DNA of 64,000 nucleotides from the human T2T-CHM13v2.0 reference genome, Homo sapiens. The stretch lies in NCBI RefSeq assembly GCF_009914755.1, contig NC_060926.1. One strand, given 5' to 3'. This document shows, in pieces, positions 14,881 through 27,705 of this stretch. The notes below the pieces were generated by a model. That model did no database searches, was not told where the DNA came from, and saw nothing but the letters and a program-made list of their open reading frames with translations. The translations under genes and the position numbers were made by a program. Position 1 is the stretch's first letter, and every line of letters starts with the position of its first letter.

Positions 14881-15258
14881 ACAATACTGCAAAAATAAGT
14901 TACACTGCTTCTCAGTTTAGCAAGCACATTGTCACACAGTAATGTTTTCCAAATATTTCTAAGCATTGCAATGCTTTCTTTATACTAAAATTTACATGGA
15001 ATTCTAAGATATGAAATAGATATAAGTGGAGCTCCTGGAGCTGAAGTGAGAAGGGGGTCCTGAAGCTGCATAATGCCTGCCGTCCTCTGTCCAGTCCTCC
15101 ACCCCTGGCACTGTATTCCATTCTTTTAACAACTCTGTGCTAGAGGCACTAAAGATTTTTAAGATATTAACTATACAGATGAAGAAACAGGCTCCATGAA
15201 ATTGTGACTTACCTAAATTACATGGCTAAGAGACGATAAGACACAGACCTGGAAATCA

Positions 15259-15702
<444 letters not shown>

Positions 15703-17045
15703 TCAAAGCTCACATGGCTGGAGGTATCATGGAGTTATCATGTTTGGTCAATGAGAAGTACTTTTAGGTAAGGGGCTACCATTCATAAGAGCACAGGTGA
15801 CCCTTTCCAGTCATTCCAGTAACGTCAACAACCAGGCTGGGGCTGTCTTTTGCTCTCTTGGGTGGTTGCTTTTTCGTGGATTCTTTCTTACTTGGCATGA
15901 GATAGACTTGGTCAAGGTCATCCCAAATTTCTTTCTACTGTCTAGTTTTGGTGGATCATCTATGCAAAGCTTCGAGTTCTCATTTTGATGTGATCACCTA
16001 TGATTGCTGAAAACACCTTTATTTCCCCCATTTAGATTAGAGCCACATGAAAAACACTGACTGGATGTTTTCAGATCAATTGATGCTGAGGTTTCTTTTC
16101 TCACAAAGTCCTACTCGTATATCTCTGCATTTCCCATCCCACAGCAGCTGCCTCTATTCATTTATTTATTTTAAAGTTCAATTTGTGATGCAGTTAGAAG
16201 AGACTGTCAGCAAGAGAGAGTCAAGAGGAAAGTTTATTTTTTTTCCCCAGCAGGGAAAAGCCAGAGGAGAAGGGGGATCACGGGTAGGGGGCTTATTGGA
16301 TTTATTTGGTTAATTTTTTTCTAAAAGTCCTTCCCTCTGAGAGGACAAAGTTCTTTTCTCTTTAAGTGCAAAGCCCAAAGTGGGAAAATTTTAAATTTGA
16401 TTTTAATTTTTTTTTGATGTGGAACAAACCAAAAAAACCAATGATGCCAAAATTTCTTTAATTGAAATGAAAGAGAGGTTGGAGTTCTCCTCAAGGGGAC
16501 TGATTGTTCAGATTCTTATTTCTTTCTTATTTATTTATCACTAGAGATGCACTGTTTTAGAAAGATAAAACACTGAGTTAGGAGCTCAACAAACACGTGA
16601 AATTGAGCCATAGAAAGGATAAAAAATTGAAACCGATGATGGCCCCACAGACAGAGAGAAGACAGCTCGTGGAGCTGTGAAAAATCCCCTACCTCAACTA
16701 TTGCCCTTACTGGCTCTCTCCTGGGCTTTCAGTTCCCTGCATTAGAAATATTTCATGACTTGAGTAAGAGCTATACAAAAACAAAAAGAAATGATAAAAC
16801 CAAAAACCAAAAAATAAAAAATAGCAAATAAATTCCATGGTCAAAAAGCTTGGGAAAAAAATGGAATAAACTAAGACAGTAAAGTCTTTACTGCAGAATT
16901 TCCCAGGACTGGTAATATTGTCATGTACATTACGCATCTTTAAAAGGAAGAGCTGCAGTATGTAGCCACGTAAAGACGGCCAAACTTAGCTGAAAGGGAG
17001 ATTTTACCCATTTGGCCCCCTCCCTCCACCAACATTTTATGGGGC

Positions 17046-17644
<599 letters not shown>

Positions 17645-17904
17645 CTACCAACCTCAATTCATATGGGTAATATTGGCCTAGAACCAAATAAGAGAAAAGA
17701 GATGTTCAATCAGGGTTTACTTAAGCAACAAGAATCATACAAATCAGATTCTAATCTTTCTGTATTCATTTAAAGCATAAAGTCAAATAAATGATTGCCA
17801 GCAGCAAGTGGAGTTGTTTAAAAGTCCCTCAGCATGCAAAAGTGTTTCTTGGTATATGGAGAACTGATATTCAAACTTGGAGTTTAGCTGGTTTATGGTG
17901 ATAC

Positions 17905-18316
17905 CACTAGTGTGGCACCAAACCTGTTTCCTTTCATTTCTTTGCACACATTTCAGTGACATTTCCAGTGTCTCATCCAGCTAGATGAAGCCAGGTGATT
18001 GAGTTCTGACTAGTGCAATGTGGGCAGAGGTGACAAACTTCACCTCTAATCCTGACATATACAGAAAGTCTTGCACATTCTTGCATTTTTTCAACTCTCC
18101 CATCTGCCAGTTATATTCTATCAGGGCAATAAGAAGAGTCACATGATTAAAGCAGTCTGGGTTCCTGAGTCACTGTATGGAGTACAGTCACACAAGCATA
18201 CACACTGGACTTTGTGTGGGTTAGAAATAAATTTTTATTTTAAGCCACTGAGATTTCGCCTTTTTTGGGGGGAGAGGTTGTGAGTATAGTTCATGTTAAT
18301 TTCCTTGACTGAGGCA
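17905..18316 (+). mobile_element. MLT1J-like MaLR solo LTR
   Basis: GAGTTCTGACTAGTGCAATGTGGGCAGAGGTGAC, CTGGGTTCCTGAGTCACTG and AGAAATAAATTTTTATTTTAAGCCACTGAGATTT motifs. Confidence 0.75.
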
Positions 18317-19407
18317 AATTCAAACACTAAGAACATGTATAGCTGCAGAAACTAAATCTAGAGTAAGGCATTGCTAGTAACTAATTCTTTTCATGTTGAC
18401 TGCAACAGGATGGGCCTTGCCTTACTCCTGACTTGTCCCATGGGAACTATTTTAAAATCAGATTATGTAAGATTAACGCTAAAGCGTTCCAGCTTTCTAA
18501 TATCTCCCACCGGTATTCTACTCTTCTCTTCCATCTGCTGCATTAAAAAGTGACCACCTTAAACTCAAACGTTCAAATTCCACTGTGGTGTGTTTTTGGT
18601 CATATACAGCACATGGAGCTGTGGGAGGCAGTTTCCCTAGTGATGAAGTGTAGAACCACCCCCTCAGAGAATGAAGCCTGGGCAGAACCCAGCCAGAATT
18701 CTGTTAACCTCCTGGCCTTCCCATATTTACACACATTGGCCCTTAGCCCAACCCTGCACAGCTGGCTAGAACAGTCCTGGATACTTTAGGAGCTTCTCCC
18801 AAGAGAATTCCATGAAAGTAGGAGCTGGTAGGAAAACAAAGATGAAATTAATGTAAACCTTCCTTAGGAATTAAAAATGAATTTTCAGGAATAGGAAACT
18901 TTGCCAGGCACAATATTTTTCAGCCTTCTGACAGAATAAAGAGGTTAGGGATTATTTGTGTGCATGTTTACATCTGCTGAAAGTCTCATTTGATAAGAAT
19001 ATATGTATTGATTTGATTTTATATGTGAATGACTCCTTTTGGGGAGTAAATGCTGTACTTGCTACTCAGAGGAACTCATAAATCTACATGTCTTCCTTTT
19101 TTTATAGCTAACAACAAATTTCAATTGACAACTCAGCTATTTTGAAGCTGCGTAAGATGTGGCCCTAGTAACAGGGTTGGATCCAGGCATTGTGAACCTA
19201 GAAATGTATACAATTTTGAGGGTCTTCTTTAAAAAAGTATATTCAAAATTGGGAATTAAAGTTAATATTTGTTTAGAGTAAGAAAAGAAATTACAGCAGG
19301 CTACAAAATATAAAAGTTACTGCTGTAAACAGCACAAAAGTCAGAAACATTATAGCTCTATTAATATACTAGGATATCTCTATAATACTTTTTCCTATAT
19401 TTTTGGT

Positions 19408-19660
19408 TGATCTTCATTGAAACCAAATTGAGAAAATGCTGCATTAAAGCATTGAAAAATCCTGGTTAAAATGCAAACCACAACAGGGAGATGATACTAT
19501 TCGAAATCATTATTAACCAGCCTAACTCCTCAGTTCAAATTAGTTTACCAAATTAACTGCAAGTGCCTTACAAAACATCTGTGGGAAGGAGTTTGGGCAT
19601 AAAATATGTCAGGGGCCAGAGAGTATCAAGCGTGCTAAACGGGAGACCTGGAAGACATGG
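19408..19660 (+). repeat. Copy 2 of the ~250-bp local duplication, inserted in the Zaphod-like element
   Basis: About 88% identical to 17046-17295, with hAT-like sequence on both sides. Confidence 0.95.
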
Positions 19661-20204
19661 CAGATTGATAAAATGACCTTAATGACTGTTTGGCCATCTT
19701 ATTATATGACAGTATTTTGTAATATTTTCTGTACAGAAAATAGTTCAGTCTCACTGTTGACATGTTTAGAAGCTTCTTTGATCTCACAGCTCATTATTGG
19801 TAATTTCATGTAAATCATTAAAATTATTGTTAAATTTGGGAAAACTTCTATCATGTTCATTTCATACATGAGATATTAACATCAACAAACCTTCCCACAG
19901 ACTATCTTCTTGCTCCCTACTTTTAAACTTGGTTTCTCACCAATACCTGTGAGACACATTCTTCTGGTGCAATGTCACACCTTACCGTGGCATCTGGCCC
20001 TGCTCCTGCACATCATGATATTGGGTGAGTTGGTACAGTGGGTAGTAGAAATTCCTGGAAAGACATTTTTGCATTGGGATGGCTGGCAGAAACTTAATTA
20101 TACACAAAAGTAATGGCAACCCAAATAACTATATTAACCCCAACTAAATGTGTCTTCCAAGTCAGCATTCCTTTAATAGCCTATCACAAATGCCTGTTTG
20201 CAGT

Positions 20205-21568
20205 ATTGCCTTTAGACTGCAGCCATCAGGGCCCCCACCCCAAACACTGAGCCTCAGGGGATCATGCACTGTGGAGTGACTTCCTCAAAACTGTTGAGGT
20301 TTCTCTATGGTTCCTGAGATTGGCTGGGGCTACCATTGCCACCTGGGTGGTGCACATCCAGCCCTGGATCTGGACCTGCATGTGCCCTGGTCCTCATTTC
20401 AGCCTGGTATGTTCTCTGACCCTCTACTGCATGTTTCAGGTTGGCCATATACCTCAAAGATCTGTAGGACTCAGGGTTTGAGAGGCCTGATGGGTACACT
20501 GTACCCACTGACCAGTATGGCATTTTTTTTGTTTTCATGATAACCTGTGTTGTTGGACTGATTTTGGGTGACACAGGATGAGTTCAGGGCTCTGAACTAC
20601 CGACCATCTACTGTTAACCCTGGGGCCTAAGCTCTGGGTGTGGGCCTATGCACGGGCTCTCGCCAGTCCTTGCTCCAACCGCGGGGCTGCCTCTGATCTA
20701 CAGCCCCTGAGGGCAATTAGTGATGGTAGCAGTTGTCTACTTTGTAGGACTCTTGCCATGGGCATCCAGAGCTGTCACTCTAACTCCTCTGCAGGTTCCA
20801 CACCAACGGTCAGGCATCCTCCAGAGTGGCTGTGCTTCTGTCCTCCAAGGGTTTCTCAAGACTGTTGCTCTGTAATGTCAGCGGGCCCTTCCGATTAGTG
20901 CAGTTTTTTGCCGCCTGGGGAGGTGGTATGGTGAGATATGGTGATGTCATATTCTCCCAGGTCACTCTTAAGCCATGCTTAATGCTTAATGGGCATTCTT
21001 TGTAGGAATGAGATCACTCGTCCCCCTCCTCCCGTGATCCTTCTTTCTCTCCTCCCCAGTGTGTGGAAGCGGGTGGTGCAGTCAAAACGGTAAACGATCA
21101 CATTCTAGAAACACAATGATTTGGCCTAAATAACTTAAGAGGAGAAATAGATGGTAGGTATGTTGTTCTGTACTTAGGCTATAAAGTAACAAATGGTAAA
21201 TTTAACCTGACCAGCATATAAATCATTGTTCACATTTTCCTGTATACTTTGGGTAAGACTGGAATTTATGTTCATAATCAAATAAATACAGTAACAACTT
21301 CGAGGGTCACTGGAAGCCAGTATCCCTAGGTGGCACAATGGGTGATGTGGCTTATGAGTAATCATGTAAATAGCATTAAATAAATAGCATTAGGAGACTG
21401 CAGAGGCTAGAGGATCAATATTGTTTCAGTACAAACAGGTTTCAAAAAGCCATGGCAGGATGCAATGGCTCACACCTGTAATCTCAGTACTTTGGGAGGC
21501 TGAGGCGGGAGGATTGGTTGAGACCCAGAGTTTGAAACCAACCTGGGCAACACAGTGAGACCTTGTGC

Positions 21569-21617
<49 letters not shown>

Positions 21618-22218
21618 TTAGCCAAGCATGATGGCCCCCACCTGTGGTCCTAGCTATAGGGGAGGCTGAGAGAGCCTAGGAGTTCAAAGCTACAGTTAAC
21701 TATGATTGTGGCACTGCACTCTAGCCTGGGCAACAGAGTGAGATGCTGTCTCAAAACAAACAGTGTGCACACATACACAGGCACGTGTGCACACACACAC
21801 ACCCACAAACCCACACCCCCATACCCACACACCCACACCCCCATACCCACACACACACTGAGCCATGCATTGTGAGTAATGAGTATGCTACTTTTTTCTC
21901 ATGATGGGCGTTATGAAGCTTGCCAGAAACCACACATTTGATTGTATAGAACAAAAAGAAATGGCTTCTGGCCCAGAATGGGCAAAGATGGTCCCTGGAT
22001 ACTACAAAGGATATTCATGTGTCTTGATAGGACAACAGACGTATACATAAATTTCTCATCTACTCATTATTCTAAGTCTTTGTTGACACATCCCTGTACC
22101 TCCTACAGGACCATTAATTTTGTAATATTCCATAAAGTTGTTTATATAGACAGGGGTTTCACAAAAATAGTTTTGGGGGCTCTGCACACCCTATGGAAAG
22201 CTCTGGCTGTGGCCCCTG
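20205..22218. mobile_element. FordPrefect-like hAT-Tip100 element nested in the Zaphod-like element
   Basis: GC-richer island. Right end reads (reverse) CAGGGGCCACAGCCAGAGCTTTCCATAGGGTGTGCAGAGCCCCC. About 1.6 kb after removing the AluJ. Similar flanks TATTGCC / TAGTGCC, and the host hAT resumes after 22218. Confidence 0.55.
21454..21858 (+). mobile_element. AluJ with (CA)n in the middle linker and a CA/C-rich microsatellite tail
   Basis: AluJ diagnostics (GGATTGGTTGAG, CAACACAGTGAGAC, CAGTTAACTATGAT). (CA)n at 21571-21614. Flanking AGCCATG repeat. Confidence 0.92.
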
Positions 22219-22246
22219 TAGTGCCACCTGATGAAAGAAAAATGTG

Positions 22247-22535
22247 GGCTGGGCACGGAAGCTTATGGCTATAATCCTAGCACTTTGGAAGGCTGAGGAA
22301 GGTGGATCACTTGAGGTCCGGAGTTCGAGATCAGCCTGGTCAATATGGTGAAACCCCATCTCTACAAAAAACACAAAAATTACCTGGGCATGGTGGCATG
22401 TGCCTGTAATCCCAGTTACTTGGGAGGCTGAGGCAGGAGAATCACTTGAACCATGGGAGACAGAGTTTGCAGTGAGCCGAGATCTCACCACTGCACTCCA
22501 TCCAGCCTGGGGGACAAGAGCAAAACTCCATCTCC

Positions 22536-22569
<34 letters not shown>

Positions 22570-22572
22570 AAG
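22247..22572 (+). mobile_element. AluSq/Sp-type, full length
   Basis: GACAAGAGCAAAACTCC diagnostic and (GAAAA)n tail. TSD AAAGAAAAATGTG / AAAGATAAAAGTG. Confidence 0.95.
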
Positions 22573-23577
22573 ATAAAAGTGAAAGAGGAGAAGTCTGATG
22601 AAAAAAGGCACATGTCAGTCTAAACTGATTGAGGTAAAAATCTTTTTGTCAAATTTACAAAAACATATGGCCATTGAATACCTTGCAAAGTCCTCTCCCA
22701 CAGCCCATGCAAAGAAAGGGCCCTGAAACTTGAGGCCTTGAAGCTTCACTGTAAACTATCTCTGCCAGTTAACTTGAATCTCCAAAATGGTGGTGTTCAT
22801 GCAGACTACTAGTGAGGCTTCATCCAGACAACGGGTTCAGGGTTTATTTAAAAATAAAATCATTGTTAAAACCTTTGATTTTTTTATACAATCCTCTCTG
22901 CTGCATCCTACTGTAAACCCTGCAGAGTGACTTTTTTTCCCCACACAATTGACCTTAATAGCAAATACAGCAGAATTTGATTAATTCATCTTATATGTCC
23001 ATAATTAATGTAAAAGGGCCAACAGTCTCTCAACTCTCTTCTCAGAAAAGATCTAATAATGGAGTTCAAGTGCAGTTTAATATGACCTAATTTTAAGAAA
23101 TATAATAGCTGGAGAATTACTTTGAAAAGCGAGGAGTGCTATGCAAATGTAAAGTATCCTCATTATTATTGCTATTATTAGTGGAGTATCTATAAGTGTA
23201 TTTGCTGCATTGAAAAATAAAAAGCAAAATAGTCTCTTGACATCTTTCTCTCTGGGCTCCTTGAGGGATCATATCTGTCTTATTAACTGTAGTATACTGG
23301 GCACCGAGCCAGGTGTTCCTGGTATTTAGTGGTACTTAAGAAGTATAAGTTGAATTAATGGATTAATAATCTTTGATCATATGTTTAGGTTATTTTACTT
23401 TTACAAATTTTATGCTGTGATGAATAATTCTTTCAATACTAAATTTTACTGAAATGTAAGTGTTTTCTAAGGATGAATTTCAAGAAGTTTAAAATTTCTA
23501 GAAGTCTAATGTTTAGGCTATATGCTTTATGCATTTTTAAGGCTTTTGATACATATTGCCAAACTACCTTCTAGAAA

Positions 23578-23792
23578 TGTTCGTTTGTTCAACAAGTATT
23601 TATTAAATACTTATTGGTGTCCAGGCATTGTTCCAAGCACTGGGGAAAAACAGTGATGAATAAGACATACCATCCTCCTGGAGCTTATGTTTTACTCAGA
23701 AAGAAAGAAGATGAAAGATAACCAAATAACAACAAAAAAAAGATGTAATTTGAGTAGCAATCAGTGCTATGAAGAAAAATAAAAGAAGCAAG
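23578..23792 (+). mobile_element. L2 3' fragment
   Basis: TTCAACAAGTATTTATTAAATACTTA..CCAGGCATTGTTCCAAGCACTGGGG..CAGTGATGAATAAGACA..CCTGGAGCTTA. Confidence 0.75.
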
Positions 23793-23849
23793 AGAGTTGA
23801 GTAGATTTGTATTACTGTTTTTAAATATTCGCTTAACTCTTCCATTTAT

Positions 23850-24943
23850 GAGTGACTATGGAAACGGGGAAGGAGGGAGGAAAATACTTGAGAAAGGCAA
23901 GTACTCAGACAATGGGGGATCAGTGAACACTGGCTCTGAAATTATGCTTATTCCTGAGGACCCAAAGAAATTCTACGGTCCACTAGTCAACTAGGGCCTT
24001 ATGGTGTCCAAGCAATCAATGAAATTTTGCCCAAGTCTGTCTCACCATTGGCCAAGTGAGTCAATGGACTCTCCTGTGGTTATTTTTCCAGTTGCTAGAG
24101 ATGTAATTAGAACAGAAATACTCAGACACATGATATAGTCACCTGTAGAGTGAAGTCCCTTATTGTAGGAAGGGAGATTGAGGAGATTAGCTGTACCGTC
24201 AATGATTTATTATATACTCCATCACCCAGAAGCAGCTGGCCTGAGAGAGTCACAGAATGACCAAATAAAGGTTGAATTAATTTTTCAGTGAGGAGAAAAC
24301 ACTGGGTTCTATCTTAAATAATAAAATTAGTGGTCAGTATATGGTGCTGTTTCTCCCACAGCCAGTATGCCTGGGCCCCAGAATCAAGAATAGAAGCACA
24401 AATTGTTCTTCTCACTATGAATTTTGATAGCCCACCTACAGAATTTCTAATTCTTATCCCCAGAATGTTCAGATCAGCAGTTTTTTCTGACTTTGTTTCC
24501 AAGGAAGGAATGCTTCTATGTGGGGATACAACATTAGTTCAATTGCATTGCCAGTTGAGACTATCTCCTAGCCATCTTGGTAAAGAGTGGAATCCCTGCT
24601 AATTAGGAAAATTAATCCTGATTACCAAAGAAAATTGAGTTGCTACCATATGGTCGAGGCAGGGAGCAAAATGGATGGAGCTTAAGGGATTCTCTGGGGC
24701 ATCTCTTAGTGTTCCCATGTCCTCTTGGTAAAAGTCAAAGGAAAACTATAGCAACCAGCACAAAGGTGGGACTACTAAGAATCAGGCCTTTCAGGAATCA
24801 GGGTTTGAGTCACCCCACCAAGAACCCCAACTACCTGAGGTGCTGACTGAGGACAAGGAATATGGAATGGGTAAAAAAAAAAAAAGACAAAAATAATAAT
24901 TACTAAATATAGTCTTGTGGCCCACTGTAGAAATAACAACTAT
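23850..24943 (+). mobile_element. ERVL-class internal remnant (protease, integrase C-terminus, dUTPase-like), heavily deleted
   Basis: Translation NTGSEIMLIPEDPKKFYGPLV resembles ERVL protease DTGSELTLIPGDPK..GPPV. HHPEAAGL at ~24220 is integrase. EGMLLCGDTTLVQLHCQLRLSPSHLG resembles the ERVL dUTPase region. Many stops and frameshifts. Confidence 0.85.
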
Positions 24944-25241
24944 AGCAAGTCTTTCACATTCCTCCGTAATACCACCACCTGAGCAGTGCCCACTCTTTTC
25001 TGAGTCTCATCTCTTTGGAGCCTCTCCTCCAAGCTTTTAATTTCTGTGAAAACCAACTTCTTCCCTTTGTTCCCTAGTATTGGGTGGTGTTTGCAGCTAT
25101 TATTCTTATTAGCTTTGTGTTCTCTTTCTATCATTTTAGGTTTCAACCATGATTTTAACATAACACTTCGTCATATTTATTTCTCTCTGTTAAGAAACTT
25201 AATGTGGTTTCTGTTTTCCAGGTAGGATCCTGATTGTTACA
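24944..25241 (+). mobile_element. Partial ERVL-class LTR (LTR41-like) following the internal remnant
   Basis: Ends TTTATTTCTCTCTGTTAAGAAACTTAATGTGGTTTCTGTTTTCCAGGTAGGATCCTGATTGTTACA. Confidence 0.5.
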
Positions 25242-25386
25242 CGAACTGTCCACCTCCATCCAGAGCCGTGTGGCTTGTAGTGCCTTCTCGTGGCAGGTAT
25301 ATTTTCCTGCCTGTTCACGTGACTTGTGTTGGCCAGTGGAATGTGAGTAGAGTGTGATACATGCCAAATTTAGGTAAGGCAGATAT

Positions 25387-25525
25387 GGGAGGCTGAAGCA
25401 GGAGAATGGCGTGAACCCGGGAGGCAGAGCTTGCAGTGAGCCAAGATCGCGCCACTGCACTCCAGCGTGGGCGACAGAGCGAGACTCCGTCTCAAAAAAC
25501 AAACAAACAAACAAACAAACAAACA
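25387..25525 (+). mobile_element. AluY right-arm fragment (severely 5'-truncated) with (CAAA)n tail
   Basis: GAATGGCGTGAACCCGGGAGGCAGAGCTTGCAGTGAGCC AluY diagnostics, with low CpG decay. Confidence 0.93.
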
Positions 25526-25532
25526 CAACTAA

Positions 25533-25700
25533 GCTTTTTAATATTTTGAGAGAGATGTAAGTCCATATGCAGCTGTAAGAAATAACGCAGAGAGATCCCA
25601 TGGACTCCATCCAGTTTCCCCCAGTGGTAACATCGTGCAAGACTATGGTATAGTATCACAATCAGGACATTGACATTGAATACAATACAATTTTCTTAGT
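25533..25700 (-). mobile_element. L1MC 3'-end fragment
   Basis: CAGTTTCCCCCAGTGGTAACATC..ACTATGGTATAGTATCACAATCAGGACATTGACATTG. Confidence 0.8.
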
Positions 25701-25892
25701 TTTGGGCAGAAACTCTATAGTGATCACATGGTTCAGCTTAGACTCTTGCTCTACCCCTCTGTCATTTGAAGAAGCCTGTGAGTCACAGCCACAGCCAATC
25801 TGCAGCAACCAGAATTCCAGATATCATGCTAGGCAACTCTTAGTTTTTCTGAGAACTGAGAATTGGACATTGTGTATTACCTTAACATAACT

Positions 25893-25896
<4 letters not shown>

Positions 25897-25923
<27 letters not shown>
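25897..25923 (+). repeat. (GA)n microsatellite
   Basis: Direct reading. Confidence 0.9.
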
Positions 25924-25984
25924 GAAGGAGGAGATTATTCTGAAATCACTCTAGATAGATTGAGCAGTCAGCAACAGCCTCATG

Positions 25985-26255
25985 GATTAAGTGATGAGAC
26001 ATTTGAGCAGGGACCTGACTGGCGTGAAGATATGAGTTAGGAGAACGGCATGAGACGATCATTCAGGTTGAGGTAGCAGCAGGTGCAGAACACTTGGGTG
26101 AAACGAGCTTGGTCCATGTGTTGGAGAAAGAGTAGGGAGCTAAGGTAAGGTGAGGCAAATGCAGTGAATGAGGAGGGGGATGGTCAGAGATGCAGAGGCC
26201 TGATACTGTATAGGCCATAATCACAGGAATGGATTTTATTCTCAATGCAGTTTGG
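25985..26255 (+). mobile_element. L2 fragment
   Basis: GACATTTGAGCAGGGACCTGA..TGTAGGCCAT..GGATTTTATTCTCAATGCAG. Confidence 0.65.
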
Positions 26256-26807
26256 GTAATGATTTCCCGGGTGGCATATTCAATACCATGGATAGTTCTA
26301 ACTATCAAGGACTTCTTCTTTAAATAAAGCTGGGATCTGCTACCCTGTCACATCTTTGTTCTTGCTCTATTTTTACCTTTTGTCTCCTACAGAGATTTAG
26401 TCCCTTCTCACGGGACCAGCCTTCATACATTTGAAGAAGGCAGTGATGTTTTCTCAAGTCTCTCTACTTCAGGCAAAACAGTCCTTTTTAGTTAAATTAA
26501 GCTTGATTGTCAAGTATTTCACATAGTTTTTTTTAATTTCAAGCTTTAATTCTAGTAATTGGTAATTCATACATTCATATCAGTGGTTCCTAATTTGAGA
26601 ATATCTAGAATCTTCAAGGTACTGCATGTACATAGGTACCATATTGTTATTTGTGTATGTCTGCCTAATTTGCTACATTATTTTGAAGATGTGGCTCCAG
26701 GGATGAGTATTTGCAAATGGGTATTTGACTGAGCCCACATGATTTTATTATATAACGAAGGGATAGAAGGGAGTAAATTCTTATAAGCCAAAGAAGGCAG
26801 ATCCTTA

Positions 26808-26962
26808 AAGCAGTGATAGCTACCCAAATTTTAATTTGCATGAGAAACACTTGGAGATCGTGTTAAAATTCAGATTCTAAATAAGTAGATATGGGATAGG
26901 AGGACCCCTAGATTTCAGCAGATGTTCCTGGTCCATGGGCTACTGTCTCGAGTAGCAAAGTT
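26808..26962. mobile_element. MER5-type hAT-Charlie MITE
   Basis: AATTTGCATGAGAAACACTTGGAG..TGTTAAAATTCAGATTCT..GGTCCATGGGCTACT..GAGTAGCAAAG. Confidence 0.6.
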
Positions 26963-27503
26963 CTAAAGAACTCAATTCAATAGAACTCAATTCATCCAAG
27001 TGTCAAGGCAGAGGCATTCTCGTTAACCTATAAAACTCTTAATTTCAGTGGATCCCCTTGATCATTTCAGGGTGTTCTCAGATGCCTGCAGAACCATGTA
27101 GAATACCTTAGAAAAATTCCCTTCCAGCCATCTCTAGCTTAATACATAGAGACTTTACAGAAAATGATTGACTCCCAAACTGCTCTTGTTCAATATCCTG
27201 TATAATTGCATGAATGTCTCCATGGGAGAGTGATGTGATTGATGGTAAGAGGACAGTAGACACACTTATGAAAGATAATGTTTTTTTAATGGCAAAGCAT
27301 ATGAAGATTGCTCCAGAAAGGAGACAATAAGCCATGCTCCCAGGAGAAGACTTCTCAGGTCCCTGAATCTCTATAGGAATATATAACAGCTGCTGCTACC
27401 ACCTGCATGGAGTTAGAGTTCTTGCTTGGTAAAAAGTGCCTGTTTGCCATTATTGGGGTACAGTCATATTCTCCTGTTCGTTGATGATAATATGGGGACT
27501 CAC

Positions 27504-27705
27504 CAGCCTGTCTGCCAGTTCGCAGTGCAAAAGCAACCTTGGTGCCATCTTGAGTGTTCACCGTCAGACCAGCTGAATTAAAGATTGGTTTCCCAGGTGT
27601 AGCATTTCTGAGGAGACCCACATGCCAGGTCCGCTGAAGGTCCATTGCTGTACTCAGGGGCACAACCATGAGTAGCTCATACATTATGATGGAAAACATC
27701 TGCTC
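27504..27705 (-). pseudogene. Candidate exon (pseudo-exon or lncRNA exon), gene unidentified
   Basis: Non-repeat sequence. Acceptor CTGACTTTACTTTTTCACTATCTTAG| and donor CTG|GTGAGT. One frame is open throughout, and another is Cys/Trp-rich with two stops. Confidence 0.35.

Larger units (their letters stand above)
19172..22764. mobile_element. Zaphod/MER115-like hAT-Tip100 element, internally interrupted
   Basis: Left end CAGGGTTGGATCCAGG..TATACAATTTTGAGGGTCTTCTTTAA. Right end GGGCCCTGAAACTT..AAGCTTCACTGTAAACTATCTCTG. Approximate 8-bp TSD CCTAGTAA / CCAGTTAA. Confidence 0.7.
25245..25895 (+). mobile_element. MLT1I-like MaLR LTR, fragmented (5' start probably at ~23797-23845)
   Basis: GTATATTTTCCTGCC..GTGACTTGTGTTGGCCAGTGGAATGTGAG..GTGATACATGCCA. 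Interrupted by Alu and L1MC pieces. Confidence 0.6.

Noticed and set aside
20305-20898. GC-richer ORF cluster as a processed pseudogene
   Set aside because: No recognisable protein and no poly-A/TSD. It is better explained as the interior of a FordPrefect-like hAT element.
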